Of a stretch of DNA of 20,000 nucleotides, positions 1 through 9,598 are shown piece by piece. A program made the translations under genes and the position numbers. The stretch spans positions 117,058-137,057 of the IMG/VR virus record IMGVR_UViG_3300008262_006132; one strand, given 5' to 3'. Position 1 is the stretch's first letter. The number at the start of each line of letters is the position of its first letter. This DNA comes from an uncultured virus (IMG/VR IMGVR_UViG_3300008262_006132). Its lineage: Duplodnaviria; Heunggongvirae; Uroviricota; Caudoviricetes. A model generated the notes under the pieces. It did no database searches, was not told the DNA's origin, and worked only from the letters and a program-made list of their open reading frames with translations.

Positions 1-1
1 A

Positions 2-3000
2 GATAAGATTATTGCCAAGGGTAATTATACGAAATCTCCTGGTGTGAGATGGATTCTCGGAGTTGGATCCTCGATGGTTGGATTCGGACTTGCCGCGGTA
101 ACACTAGGTGGAATAATAGTCGGTACTTTAGGTTTAGGAGGATTGGCCATCAAAGCTGGACTTTCTGCAGTTGAATCAATTGCAAAAACTATAGTGAAGA
201 CTGACAAAATATTAAGTGCTGGTCAATATACAAAGTACCCAGGTGCTGCTTGGGCTTTAACAGTTGGTTCAATTATTACAGCGTTTTCTACAGCAGTATT
301 ATTATTGGGTGCTGTTAGTTCAGGAGGAGGTCTCTTGCAAAAGTTGAGTCTTGGATTAGTAAAAAACCCATTAGAGTCAGGAATACAAGCAATAAAGAAA
401 ATAGCTCAAGCTATAGTAGATGTAGATAAAAAGTTAGCTGAAGGTAGTTATACTAAAGGTCCGAATCCTACTTGGGCAAAAGGCATTTCCGCATCACTCT
501 CTGCATTTTCACCAATTTACAGAATGTTATTAGCTGAAAAACTTATGAGTTTCATAGGTGGTGTCTCCGCTAAAGACTTTGCGCAAGCTATAAAAGTAAT
601 TTCTGGTGGAATAGTAGATTCCGCAAAACTCTTTGAAAGCGCAAAAGTTGCCTTTAAAAATGGACCACCAGTTACTTGGTCAAAAGGTGTAAGTGCTTCA
701 CTCGGTGCGTTCTCATCAATATACTCACTACTCGTAAAAGATAAAATTATGAGTATTTTTGGATCAGGAATCTCACCGAAAGATTTTTCTCAAGCTATTA
801 AGACAATTTCTGGTGGAATAGTAGATGCCGCAAAATTATTTGGAAATGCTGCTGTAGCGTTTAAGAACGGGCCACCAGTTGAGTGGGCTAAGGGTATCAG
901 TAAAGCACTTGGTGCTTTTTCATCTATCTATTCACTTCTAGTTAAGGATAGAATAATGAGTATATTTGGTTCTGGTGTATCACCTAAAGACTTCTCGCAA
1001 GCGATTAAGACAATTTCTGGTGGTATAGTAGATTCTGCAAAGTTATTTGACAAGGCGTCTGTTGCATTCAAGAATGGTCCACCAGTTGAATGGGCAAATG
1101 GAGTTAGTAAATCTTTAGGAGCATTCTCATCTATATACAAATTACTAGCAAGTAATTCTGGTTGGTGGAAAAGTGGTGTCGATCCAAAAATGTATGCACA
1201 AGCTATAGTTACAATTACGAATGGAATTGTGACTGCGGCAAAGGCTTTCGGGTCGGCGTCAGTAGCATTTAAAAATGGTCCACCTGTTGAGTGGGCTGAT
1301 GGGGTTGGTAAGTCACTCTCAGCGTTTCAGCCTATTTATGAACTATTATTAAAAAATTCTGGTTGGTGGAAGAGTGGTATAGATCCTAAAATGTATTCTC
1401 AAGCAATTGTGACTATAACTAGTGGTATAGTCACTGCTGCAAAGGCATTTGGTTCCGCATCGGTGGCGTTTAAAAATGGTCCACCGGTTGAATGGGCCGA
1501 TGGAGTTGGTAAGTCACTAGCTGCCTTTCAACCTATATATGAGTTATTACTTAAAAATACTGGATGGTGGAAAAGTAATATAGATCCAAAGAAATATGCA
1601 CAAGCTATAGTCACTATAACTGGTGGTATAATCACCGCGGCTAAATCATTTAGTCAGGCTTCTGTTGCATTTAAAAATGGACCACCAGTCCAGTGGGCCG
1701 AAGGTGTTGGTAAGGCTCTTTCAGCATTTCAACCGGTATATGAATTACTGGTTAGAAATTCAAGTTGGTGGAAAAGTTCAATAGATCCTAAGAAATACGC
1801 TGAAGCGATAGTAACGATTACTGGTGGAATTGTAACTGCTGGTAAAGCATTCGGAGCAGCGGCTGTTGCATTTAAAAATGGTCCACCAGTTCAGTGGGCT
1901 GAAGGTGTCGGTAAAGCACTTTCAGCGTTTCAACCAGTCTATGAGATGTTGGTAAGAAATGCTAGTTGGTGGAAAAGTTCAATAGATCCTAAGAAATATT
2001 CAGAGGCTATACGAACGATTAGTAGAGGAATTACTGATGCCGCAATAGTGCTGTCTACCGCATCTGTTGCATATAAATTTTATCCAACAGAACAGTGGGC
2101 TTCTGGTGTAAGTAGAGCACTTACTGCATTTCAACCAATTTATAAGATTTTACAGAAAGATTCTGGATGGCTCAGAAGTGGTATTTCTCCAAAGATGTAT
2201 GCCGATGCTATAAAGACAATTACAACTGGTATTCGAGACTCAGCGATGATTTTAGCACAAGCTTCGATTGCCTATAGAATGTTTCCAACAGTACAGTGGG
2301 CAAACGGTGTAAGTAGAGCTCTTAGTGTGTTCCAACCAATTTATAAAATTTTAGAAAAAGATTCTGGATGGTTGAGGTCTAATATATCACCAGAAAAGTA
2401 CGCTAAAGCAATCAAAACAATAACTACTGGTATTCGAGACTCAGCGATGATCTTGGCTTCAGCTTCTATTGCTTATAGAATGTTCCCAACAGTTCAGTGG
2501 GCAAACGGTGTGAGTAGAGCTCTTAGTACTTTTCAACCAATATATAAGATTCTACAAAAAGATTCGGGTTGGTTCAGAAGTAACATATCTCCAGAGAAAT
2601 ATGCAACAGCTATAAAAACTATTACAACTGGAATAAGAGACTCGGCTGTGATTTTAGCCTCAGCTTCTCTTGCTTATAGAATGTTCCCAACAACACAGTG
2701 GGCAGACGGAGTTAGTAAGGCTTTAAGTACCTTTCATCCAATATACAAGATATTACAAAAAGATTCAGGTTGGTTTAGAAGTAATATATCACCTGATAAG
2801 TATGCCGCGGCTATTCGTACTATTAGTCAAGGTATAGTTGATTCTGCTTTAATATTAGCAAAAGCAAAGTCCGCTTATAAGTCTTTCCCAACCACAGAAT
2901 GGGCAGATGGTGTTAGTAGAGCACTTTCAGCTTTTCAACCTATTTATACGATACTACAAAAAGATTCAGGATGGTTTAAAAGTGGAGTTTCAGTTGGTAA

Positions 3001-5785
3001 GTATAGTGAAGCTATAAAAACACTTAGTATGGGAATCGTAGATTCTGCGAACATACTTAGTAAGGGTTTGTATAAAATTTATCCAACAGTAAACTGGGTT
3101 ATGGGAATATCAGGAGCTTTTGCAATGATACCAGCACTGATTAAGAAAGTAAACAACATTGATTTCAAGGGACTTTCTAAAATTTGGATGATAAGTGATA
3201 GTATTTACAAACTCTCGATTGCATTCAAGGACGCTAAGTTTACAAGTTTTCCGAGTAAAAAATGGACAAGTGCTATTTCATCATCTTTTACTATGATGAT
3301 TAATCTTCTAAAGAGTATTGATAAAAGTATATCTATCACTTCACTACTTAGTGGTATTTTGAAGTCTAAATCCTTAGTTAATTACATTCTAGATTTGGAT
3401 AAGAAATTTAGCCTCGGTAAATTTAACAAGTTTCCAAACTCAAATTGGGTTAAAGGGTCTACAAAGTCTATTAGTGAATTTGCGAAGTTACTCAGTGAAC
3501 TTAATAAGTTGGTCTCTTTAGTAGGATTAAAGACTGGTCAATTCAAAATTTCGAGTATTCTGAAGTCTGTTTTGGATGTTGATAATCAGATATCTAGAGG
3601 TAAATTTAACAGAGTAATAAGTCAGAAATGGTCAAGTTCATTGAGAGTTTCAATACTAGAATTTTCAAACTTGTTTAAAAATGTAGATAAATTGATATCA
3701 ATAATTGACTTAAAACTTGGTCAAACTAAAGTTACTAGTATCATTAAATCTATTCTACAAATCGACCTACAAATTTCTAAAGGCAAATTTAATAAATTTA
3801 TTGATAATAAGTGGATCAAAGGCACAAAATCTTCAATTATAGAGTTCGGTGGATTATTCAAAACTATAGACAAATTAGTTTCAATAATTTCCTTAAAAAT
3901 CGGCCAGACAAAGGTTACAAGTATCATCAAGTCAATACTTCAAATCGATTCACAAGTTTCAAAGGGTAAATTTAATAAATTTATTGATAATAAGTGGATT
4001 AAAGGCACAAAACAGTCTGTTCTAGAGTTCGGAAAATTGTTTATTGATGTTAATAAGAATTTCTCTGTGACTTCTTTATTACTTGGTTTTAATAAAGTCA
4101 AAATGATTTTTGATAATATTATATGGATTGATAATAAAATATCTAGAGCTAAATTTGAGAAATCACCACCAACAAAATGGCTTACAAATACTAGAGATTC
4201 AATAGTTTATTACGGTAAATTGGCGATTGATTCTAATAAAATGTTCGGCACAGTGCCTCTAATAGCAGGTATCAAAAAGATTAAAACACTAGTAGATACA
4301 ATTTTGTGGGTCGATAAGACTCTATCAAAGGGTAAATATAATAGAGTTCCAAGTTTAAAATGGCTAAACGAATCTAAAAATGCAATTTTTACATATGGTA
4401 AGATAGCAATCGATTCAAATAAGATCTTCCCTCTGATTTCACTTATAGCTGGTATTAAGAAGGTTAAAATGATATCAGAGGCTATACTATGGGTTGATAA
4501 AACACTATCTAAGGGAAGTTACACTAAAGTGCCAACGCAGAATTGGTTGACACGTTCAAAAAGCACGATTTTTCAATACGGGAATCTAGCTATAGAATCA
4601 AATAAAAGGTTTGGAACAATTGGATTATTCTTAGGTCTGAAAAAAGTTAGAAATATTGCAGACACTTTAAAATATGTTTCGCTTGTAATTAGCGGTGGTA
4701 ATTATACTAAGTTTCCAAGCTTAGAATGGTCCAAGTCAGTTCCTGCGGCAATATCTGGCTTTATGAATCTACCGTTTAAGGGAATGTTTGGTCAATTTTT
4801 TGAAAGTATTTTCGGGGCTTCAGAAGATAGTAAGAAATCACAATTAGGAAAAATTGTAGATTTGATGTTATATGTTGATAAGAGATTTCAATCGGGTAAC
4901 TGGAAAAAGTTCCCAACTGTTGAGTGGGTTAAAGGTACAATTTTAGCTCTTCAGAAATTTAAAGATATAGTTTCTTTACTTAGTTTTGGTTCACTAAATA
5001 CTAAGATAATGACTGCATTCGGTGGTAAGAATCCACTTGTAAGCGCAGTTTCTAACATTGAAAAACTGGCACAGTCTTTTGATAAACTAGGAAATTCTAT
5101 GAAGAATTTCAGTCAATCAATAAAAACTCTAGATACAGAAAAACTCGCAGCGATTAAGAGTCTTTCTTCAAATGTTATTTTAATGTCATTGATGAATCCA
5201 GAGCAATTTGACGCGATGTTATCTAAGTTAGAAGAAAGATCTGGAGTTTTTGCTGACCTTATGAAGGATGTGCAAGACAAGAAAGGTACTTCTGCTAAAA
5301 CTACTGGTGCCCCTGGTACAGGTCAGAAAGTTGCAGGTGGTGGCGCAATGACTGATTTCAAGATGGTACCATCATCTACGGGAGCTAGAATGTCTGGTAA
5401 ATCAGATGATGCTAAAATGCTTGAGAAACTCGATGCTATGACAAGTCTACTCGCTGATATATCTAGTGTTGTTGGTAGTAAAGGAGCTTTGAAAACATAC
5501 CTTGGAAGTCTTAAAGAAGATGTTGATATAGGTGATGGTGGGTTCTCACTTTTTAGTAGATCTGATAAAAGAACCAAAAACATATTGAAAAAAGTTGGTG
5601 TATCACCAGATGGTATAAATATCTACTTATTCTCATATAAGTTTGATCCTACAGTAGTTTACCAAGGTGTAATTGCACAAGAGTTGCTTGGCACGAGATT
5701 TGAAAACTCAGTTGTACTTGATAAGTCTGGGTATTACGCAGTTGACTACTCAAAACTAGATGTTCAGTTTAAAAGAACAAATTGA
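2..5785 (+). CDS. Giant helical-repeat virion protein, tape-measure-like, with C-terminal Peptidase S74-type intramolecular chaperone domain; 5'-truncated by the window
   Basis: The frame is open from position 2 (DKIIAKGNYTKSPG...), so the GTG at 44 is not the true start. It has Gly/Ala-rich hydrophobic segments, about 20 tandem 61-69 aa repeats with a [FY]xxxPxxxW signature, and a C-terminal SDKRTK...GVIAQE...VDYSKL motif. Tape-measure function is an inference. Confidence 0.6.
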   Translation, partial: DKIIAKGNYTKSPGVRWILGVGSSMVGFGLAAVTLGGIIVGTLGLGGLAIKAGLSAVESIAKTIVKTDKILSAGQYTKYPGAAWALTVGSIITAFSTAVLLLGAVSSGGGLLQKLSLGLVKNPLESGIQAIKKIAQAIVDVDKKLAEGSYTKGPNPTWAKGISASLSAFSPIYRMLLAEKLMSFIGGVSAKDFAQAIKVISGGIVDSAKLFESAKVAFKNGPPVTWSKGVSASLGAFSSIYSLLVKDKIMSIFGSGISPKDFSQAIKTISGGIVDAAKLFGNAAVAFKNGPPVEWAKGISKALGAFSSIYSLLVKDRIMSIFGSGVSPKDFSQAIKTISGGIVDSAKLFDKASVAFKNGPPVEWANGVSKSLGAFSSIYKLLASNSGWWKSGVDPKMYAQAIVTITNGIVTAAKAFGSASVAFKNGPPVEWADGVGKSLSAFQPIYELLLKNSGWWKSGIDPKMYSQAIVTITSGIVTAAKAFGSASVAFKNGPPVEWADGVGKSLAAFQPIYELLLKNTGWWKSNIDPKKYAQAIVTITGGIITAAKSFSQASVAFKNGPPVQWAEGVGKALSAFQPVYELLVRNSSWWKSSIDPKKYAEAIVTITGGIVTAGKAFGAAAVAFKNGPPVQWAEGVGKALSAFQPVYEMLVRNASWWKSSIDPKKYSEAIRTISRGITDAAIVLSTASVAYKFYPTEQWASGVSRALTAFQPIYKILQKDSGWLRSGISPKMYADAIKTITTGIRDSAMILAQASIAYRMFPTVQWANGVSRALSVFQPIYKILEKDSGWLRSNISPEKYAKAIKTITTGIRDSAMILASASIAYRMFPTVQWANGVSRALSTFQPIYKILQKDSGWFRSNISPEKYATAIKTITTGIRDSAVILASASLAYRMFPTTQWADGVSKALSTFHPIYKILQKDSGWFRSNISPDKYAAAIRTISQGIVDSALILAKAKSAYKSFPTTEWADGVSRALSAFQPIYTILQKDSGWFKSGVSVGKYSEAIKTLSMGIVDSANILSKGLYKIYPTVNWVMGISGAFAMIPALIKKVNNIDFKGLSKIWMISDSIYKLSIAFKDAKFTSFPSKKWTSAISSSFTMMINLLKSIDKSISITSLLSGILKSKSLVNYILDLDKKFSLGKFNKFPNSNWVKGSTKSISEFAKLLSELNKLVSLVGLKTGQFKISSILKSVLDVDNQISRGKFNRVISQKWSSSLRVSILEFSNLFKNVDKLISIIDLKLGQTKVTSIIKSILQIDLQISKGKFNKFIDNKWIKGTKSSIIEFGGLFKTIDKLVSIISLKIGQTKVTSIIKSILQIDSQVSKGKFNKFIDNKWIKGTKQSVLEFGKLFIDVNKNFSVTSLLLGFNKVKMIFDNIIWIDNKISRAKFEKSPPTKWLTNTRDSIVYYGKLAIDSNKMFGTVPLIAGIKKIKTLVDTILWVDKTLSKGKYNRVPSLKWLNESKNAIFTYGKIAIDSNKIFPLISLIAGIKKVKMISEAILWVDKTLSKGSYTKVPTQNWLTRSKSTIFQYGNLAIESNKRFGTIGLFLGLKKVRNIADTLKYVSLVISGGNYTKFPSLEWSKSVPAAISGFMNLPFKGMFGQFFESIFGASEDSKKSQLGKIVDLMLYVDKRFQSGNWKKFPTVEWVKGTILALQKFKDIVSLLSFGSLNTKIMTAFGGKNPLVSAVSNIEKLAQSFDKLGNSMKNFSQSIKTLDTEKLAAIKSLSSNVILMSLMNPEQFDAMLSKLEERSGVFADLMKDVQDKKGTSAKTTGAPGTGQKVAGGGAMTDFKMVPSSTGARMSGKSDDAKMLEKLDAMTSLLADISSVVGSKGALKTYLGSLKEDVDIGDGGFSLFSRSDKRTKNILKKVGVSPDGINIYLFSYKFDPTVVYQGVIAQELLGTRFENSVVLDKSGYYAVDYSKLDVQFKRTN
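662..3080 (+). repeat. Coding tandem repeat array A, 67-69 aa units (FKNGPPVEWA / YRMFPTVQWA ... GWWKS)
   Basis: Equivalent codons at 662, 869, 1076 (207-nt period), then 1277, 1478, 1679, 1880, 2081, 2282, 2483, 2684, 2885 (201-nt period), then 3080. Confidence 0.95.
3416..4930 (+). repeat. Coding tandem repeat array B, 61 aa units (SKGKFNK..P...W)
   Basis: Equivalent codons at 3416, 3599, 3782, 3965, 4148, 4331, 4514, 4697 (183-nt period), with a last longer unit at 4895. Confidence 0.9.
5561..5785 (+). other. Peptidase S74 / intramolecular chaperone autocleavage-like domain
   Basis: R|SDKRTKNILKKVG...IYLFSYK...QGVIAQEL...GYYAVDYSKL matches the SDxRxK, GxIAQE and VDY hallmarks of the endosialidase-chaperone family. 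Confidence 0.8.
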
Positions 5786-5805
5786 TTAAATTTAATATAA
5801 TTGCC

Positions 5806-6234
5806 ATGAATATCTTTCAAAAAATTAAATTGTTTCGAGAGTATAAAAAAGTCATAAGAAATAATGAAGTCACTCTAGAACAAGACTACAATATTAGAAT
5901 AGACAGAGCATCAAGACTTTATACCGTTCTTAATATTCCTCAAGAATTATATGGAGAGCCATATAATCTTAGAACTTCAGACATTGATACAATTTCACAA
6001 ACATATATTAAAGAATATGTGTCAAGAGTATCTTCTTATCTTAATTCTGTAGGTTTAAACGAGTTGTATGACTTTTATGAAAATGTAAAAAAGGTTGATA
6101 AATACTCATACCTTATAGTTCTTGGATTTAAACCACTAAACTCGGTTAAATATTATAATGTGGTCTATTTTAGACTGTTACCAATTTTAATTACATCTTC
6201 GATTATTACCTTATTATATTTCATTTTCCGATAA
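5806..6234 (+). CDS. Hypothetical protein with C-terminal transmembrane helix
   Basis: In-frame ATG at 5806 is preferred over TTG at 5782. Hydrophobic C-terminus LLPILITSSIITLLYFIFR. Confidence 0.75.
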   Translation: MNIFQKIKLFREYKKVIRNNEVTLEQDYNIRIDRASRLYTVLNIPQELYGEPYNLRTSDIDTISQTYIKEYVSRVSSYLNSVGLNELYDFYENVKKVDKYSYLIVLGFKPLNSVKYYNVVYFRLLPILITSSIITLLYFIFR

Positions 6235-6278
6235 ACAAAGATCATAATATTTATTATAAATAAAAAAAATATTTATTT

Positions 6279-6704
6279 ATGGGTAAATTTTACGATGTAT
6301 CACAAGATACTCAAGATACATTTTACGAAGTTTTCAATAAAAAAACCTTCCCACTCGCTGTTAAGTTTCAGTTCTTAGGTTCTGAATCACAGAAAAATCT
6401 AATTAAAATATCTAAACTTCCTGACCAATATGGATTTCTTTTAGAAAAAGAACTTCTAGTATTAATCAATGAAGATTTGATGTCTGTATTTGATGATGAG
6501 TCAATTACAATCCTTATTGAACAGGAAATCGATAAGATTTCTATAGATACACAGTCTGGTAAAATTAAAATGATTAAGCCAGATTTAACAACATTTTCAT
6601 CACTTATCTCAAAGTATGGGGTTGATAAAGTAGCAAAGGCAAATCAAGTCGAAGATCTATATCACCAACAATTAAAAGATGGAAAAGAAGAATTTATTGC
6701 ATAA
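6279..6704 (+). CDS. Hypothetical protein resembling a degenerate putative phage metallopeptidase
   Basis: ILIEQEIDKI...GKIKMIKPDLTTFSSLISKYG parallels the family pattern LIxHELxHI...HDxxxFxxxxxxYG but lacks the His ligands. Confidence 0.5.
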   Translation: MGKFYDVSQDTQDTFYEVFNKKTFPLAVKFQFLGSESQKNLIKISKLPDQYGFLLEKELLVLINEDLMSVFDDESITILIEQEIDKISIDTQSGKIKMIKPDLTTFSSLISKYGVDKVAKANQVEDLYHQQLKDGKEEFIA

Positions 6705-6707
6705 AAC

Positions 6708-6944
6708 ATGGAAAATCTACAAACAGTATACTACACAGCTCTTAAAAAGAGATACGAGTCTCAAATAGCGGAAGCAGAGGCTAATCTTACTCTTTACTTT
6801 AGTTCTAAAAATCTAGCTGCTATCGGTGAGCACTCTGACCTACTTACAGAACATGATAGGTGGATAGAACAATTGGCAAATGCTAAAGACAAGTTGGAGA
6901 CACTAGAGAATTTTATCTCTACTGGTCTAACTATAAATGGATAA
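6708..6944 (+). CDS. Small coiled-coil phage hypothetical protein (IGEHxD motif)
   Basis: ALKKRYESQIAEAEANL...AIGEHSD...AKDKLE resembles a small conserved protein that I recall from aquatic T4-like phages. Confidence 0.65.
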   Translation: MENLQTVYYTALKKRYESQIAEAEANLTLYFSSKNLAAIGEHSDLLTEHDRWIEQLANAKDKLETLENFISTGLTING

Positions 6945-6963
6945 AAAAATAAAATAAGAAAAT

Positions 6964-7611
6964 ATGTCACAAACAAAATTAGAAGTTAACACGGTTAAAC
7001 CAGACTTGTTTTTCACTAAAAAGGAAAACACCTTCAGAATCTTAGATACAGATACTGAATTTACATTGGATTCTTCAATTACCACCCTAGAAGAGTATAT
7101 CAAAAACACCAATGGATTTGGTAAGAGTGAAGAACAAAAAGATATGGATTACGCTCACGCTCAATATCTATGGAAAGAGTATCAAACAGAGTTGAAAAAT
7201 TGCAAACTAAATTTTCATCTCGATCAAAGTCAATATTCTCTTTTGACCGACCTTTTGATAAAGAAGCTTGAATATGATACAAATACTGTTTTCATTGCAA
7301 TCGAATTAGTAGATTTACTCGGATCAATTAAAGGTACTAAATTTCAAGGAGAAGAAGTAAAGTCTTTTAAAGTCACCGCTACAGAAATTACTTATATCTA
7401 TCACCTTATTCAGAATTATAAAGTTAAGGGTCTATCAAAAGAAGCATTCACTTTTGCTGAAATTCTTAGACGGATTGGCGAAATTTCTAAAGTAGTTAGT
7501 TTCTATGATGCGAGAGCAAAGAACTTTACTGAAGAAATCGCTAAATGGGCTCTTAGTTTAGATGCAGATTCGGCGAGTCTAATTTATGAAGTGCCAGGAA
7601 AAACAGAATAG
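6964..7611 (+). CDS. Hypothetical protein
   Basis: 215-aa ORF co-oriented with neighbours, with an A-rich leader. No recognised motif. Confidence 0.8.
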   Translation: MSQTKLEVNTVKPDLFFTKKENTFRILDTDTEFTLDSSITTLEEYIKNTNGFGKSEEQKDMDYAHAQYLWKEYQTELKNCKLNFHLDQSQYSLLTDLLIKKLEYDTNTVFIAIELVDLLGSIKGTKFQGEEVKSFKVTATEITYIYHLIQNYKVKGLSKEAFTFAEILRRIGEISKVVSFYDARAKNFTEEIAKWALSLDADSASLIYEVPGKTE

Positions 7612-7637
7612 TATTAATTCTATTTTGACCATTAGAA

Positions 7638-7841
7638 TCACAAATTTCGATTTTTTAAAAATTCTTTAAAATTCAAAATTTGTGATTCTTTTATTTTATT
7701 AGGTAGCTTCTTAAAAGAGACATCTTTAGTCCACTCTTCATCAAAAACCCATTTCATATTTTTTGGCGCCTTCTTTTTAGATCCCCATTTTCTTCTCATT
7801 GCCCAAATAAATTTGAATTGTTGTTTTGACCTTGATGGCAT
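7638..7841 (-). CDS. Small basic phage hypothetical protein (MPxxSxxQ...KKLP type)
   Basis: MPSRSKQQFKFIWA...WTK...KKLPNKI pattern, common in small phage proteins. Lies 5 bp downstream of the amidoligase-like gene. Confidence 0.7.
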   Translation of the reverse strand: MPSRSKQQFKFIWAMRRKWGSKKKAPKNMKWVFDEEWTKDVSFKKLPNKIKESQILNFKEFLKNRNL

Positions 7842-7846
7842 TATTT

Positions 7847-8938
7847 TTACTTATTTTCTAAGAATTTATAAAGCTTCTTTAAATATATATTCCTGTCATA
7901 TTCAAAATTTGTCATAAGATGAACCACGTAAGTAAAATAGAGAAGCTTATCTATTAGGTTAGTTTTATCCATCTCACCTCCTGGGTATCTAAATTCAATA
8001 TAGTTAAATCTTTTTAGAGGTATTAAATTAACCCCATAGTTTTTATAACCTTTTTCATTTAGAATTCGGATAAGTCTATCATTTAATATATTTTCTATAT
8101 CGGAAATTTTTTCATCTTGCATTAACTTTTTACATTCTTCAATTAGATTCTTTTCTTTAGTTAGTTCGGATATTAAAGAACCGCAAAATTTAGAATTTTT
8201 TCTCCATTCCATGTTTTTAAATACAAATGGGTCATCACCTGTATCATTTAAAAACAAAAGTCCTTTTATTATATTGTAATTGGTTGATTCCTTGAGTCCA
8301 ATATTAATATGTATTCCAGTATTTTCTGTAAATTTCCAATATTTTTGAATACTATATGAATCATAGAAATCTTGAATGAATCCGATTAAGTCATCAATTG
8401 AGTTGAAATATGTTAGATTTGAAAGTTCAATTCCTCTATTTAAAGTATTATCTAGTTCAAACTTTAATACACTTTTGTATTTTTTATAAAAATCTTTGAA
8501 ATTACTTCTGAATTGATTCTCTAAATAATTAAAATCATCAGAGTAGAAATAAGATAAAACTTGTGGCTTTATTAATTGAACTATTAATTTATTTTCGCCT
8601 TCATAAGATTCCTCTTCTAATATTTCATCTACTAAATATTCATAATCTTCCCATTCGTATTTTATCTCGTTTAGTATTGTCTCTATAAATTCTTGGATTT
8701 TCTCGGTAATAGTAAATTCATCTATTCTAAGAAGATGTTTTATGACTGAATTTTTTATCTTCAAGACAATCTCATTAACATATTTTTCACTATAATCAAT
8801 ATCACCATCTGTTAAGTCTTCTGTCTCTAACTCAATTTCTATTGATGATGTGAAAAGATCTGATATTTCTTTTTTTCTAAATAAGTTCAGTTTACCACTT
8901 TTTACTTCATTTATAAAATCCGTGTATTTGAAAATCAT
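7847..8938 (-). CDS. Putative amidoligase (COOH-NH2 ligase type 2 / Amidoligase_2-like)
   Basis: Ordered motifs SIEIELE, DNTLNRGIELS, NTGIHINIG, KNYGVNL, YIEFRYPGG. Confidence 0.8.
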   Translation of the reverse strand: MIFKYTDFINEVKSGKLNLFRKKEISDLFTSSIEIELETEDLTDGDIDYSEKYVNEIVLKIKNSVIKHLLRIDEFTITEKIQEFIETILNEIKYEWEDYEYLVDEILEEESYEGENKLIVQLIKPQVLSYFYSDDFNYLENQFRSNFKDFYKKYKSVLKFELDNTLNRGIELSNLTYFNSIDDLIGFIQDFYDSYSIQKYWKFTENTGIHINIGLKESTNYNIIKGLLFLNDTGDDPFVFKNMEWRKNSKFCGSLISELTKEKNLIEECKKLMQDEKISDIENILNDRLIRILNEKGYKNYGVNLIPLKRFNYIEFRYPGGEMDKTNLIDKLLYFTYVVHLMTNFEYDRNIYLKKLYKFLENK

Positions 8939-8971
8939 ATAATATTTATTATTTTACAAAAGCCATATAAT

Positions 8972-9001
8972 AAAAAAACGAGACTAGTGCCTCGTTTTTT
9001 T
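8972..9001 (-). terminator. Rho-independent terminator
   Basis: Minus strand: A7-CGAGGC-ACTA-GTCTCG-T7, just downstream of the 9020..9556 gene. The A and T flanks could make it bidirectional. Confidence 0.8.
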
Positions 9002-9019
9002 AATAAAATATTATTCTTA

Positions 9020-9556
9020 TTAAGAAGGTAGTTCCTCAGTACCTTCTTCTTTAGATTCTTCTTCCTTTTCTTCAGTACTTTCTTCCTTTTCTTCCTCTTT
9101 TACTTCTTCGAAGTCATCGGAATTTTCTTCTGCCGGTGTTTCTGTTTCAACTTCAGTCTCAACTTTAACCTCAGGCTCAGCTTCAGCAACCGGCTCTTCT
9201 GTTGTTTCAGTAGATTCAACTGGTTCTTCCGTTGTTTCAGTTTCAGTTGGTGTAGCAGGTTGAGAGTCATCTTTTCCACCCATAAGAGCTTCAGCTGGAA
9301 TTTTATCAACATTCAAGAAGTTCAAGTTTATGTACTTAACAATCTCTTCTGCAATATCAACATCTCCAAAAAACTGACGTAGATTTTTACCAGCTGTATC
9401 TTTGACTTTCTTTACATAAGAATTTATTAAAGATTGTGGTATATCTACAAACGTTCTTACTTTATAGATATCATTTACTTGTAAAACAGATTCTTTTATA
9501 ATTTCAGATTTTTTTCTATCTGTAGTGTATTTTTCAAATTTTCTTAGATGTTTCAT
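9020..9556 (-). CDS. Hypothetical protein with acidic low-complexity tail, possible head/internal protein
   Basis: N-terminus MKHLRKFE, and a C-terminal half rich in E/T/P (TETTEEPV repeated). Confidence 0.8.
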   Translation of the reverse strand: MKHLRKFEKYTTDRKKSEIIKESVLQVNDIYKVRTFVDIPQSLINSYVKKVKDTAGKNLRQFFGDVDIAEEIVKYINLNFLNVDKIPAEALMGGKDDSQPATPTETETTEEPVESTETTEEPVAEAEPEVKVETEVETETPAEENSDDFEEVKEEEKEESTEEKEEESKEEGTEELPS

Positions 9557-9598
9557 CCTTTTGATTAATTTTTTATATACTATATATTAGTTTTTTAA

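Noticed and set aside
662..3080. Diversity-generating retroelement template/variable repeat pair
   Set aside because: Differences between repeats are mostly synonymous and not adenine-specific, and there is no reverse transcriptase in the window.
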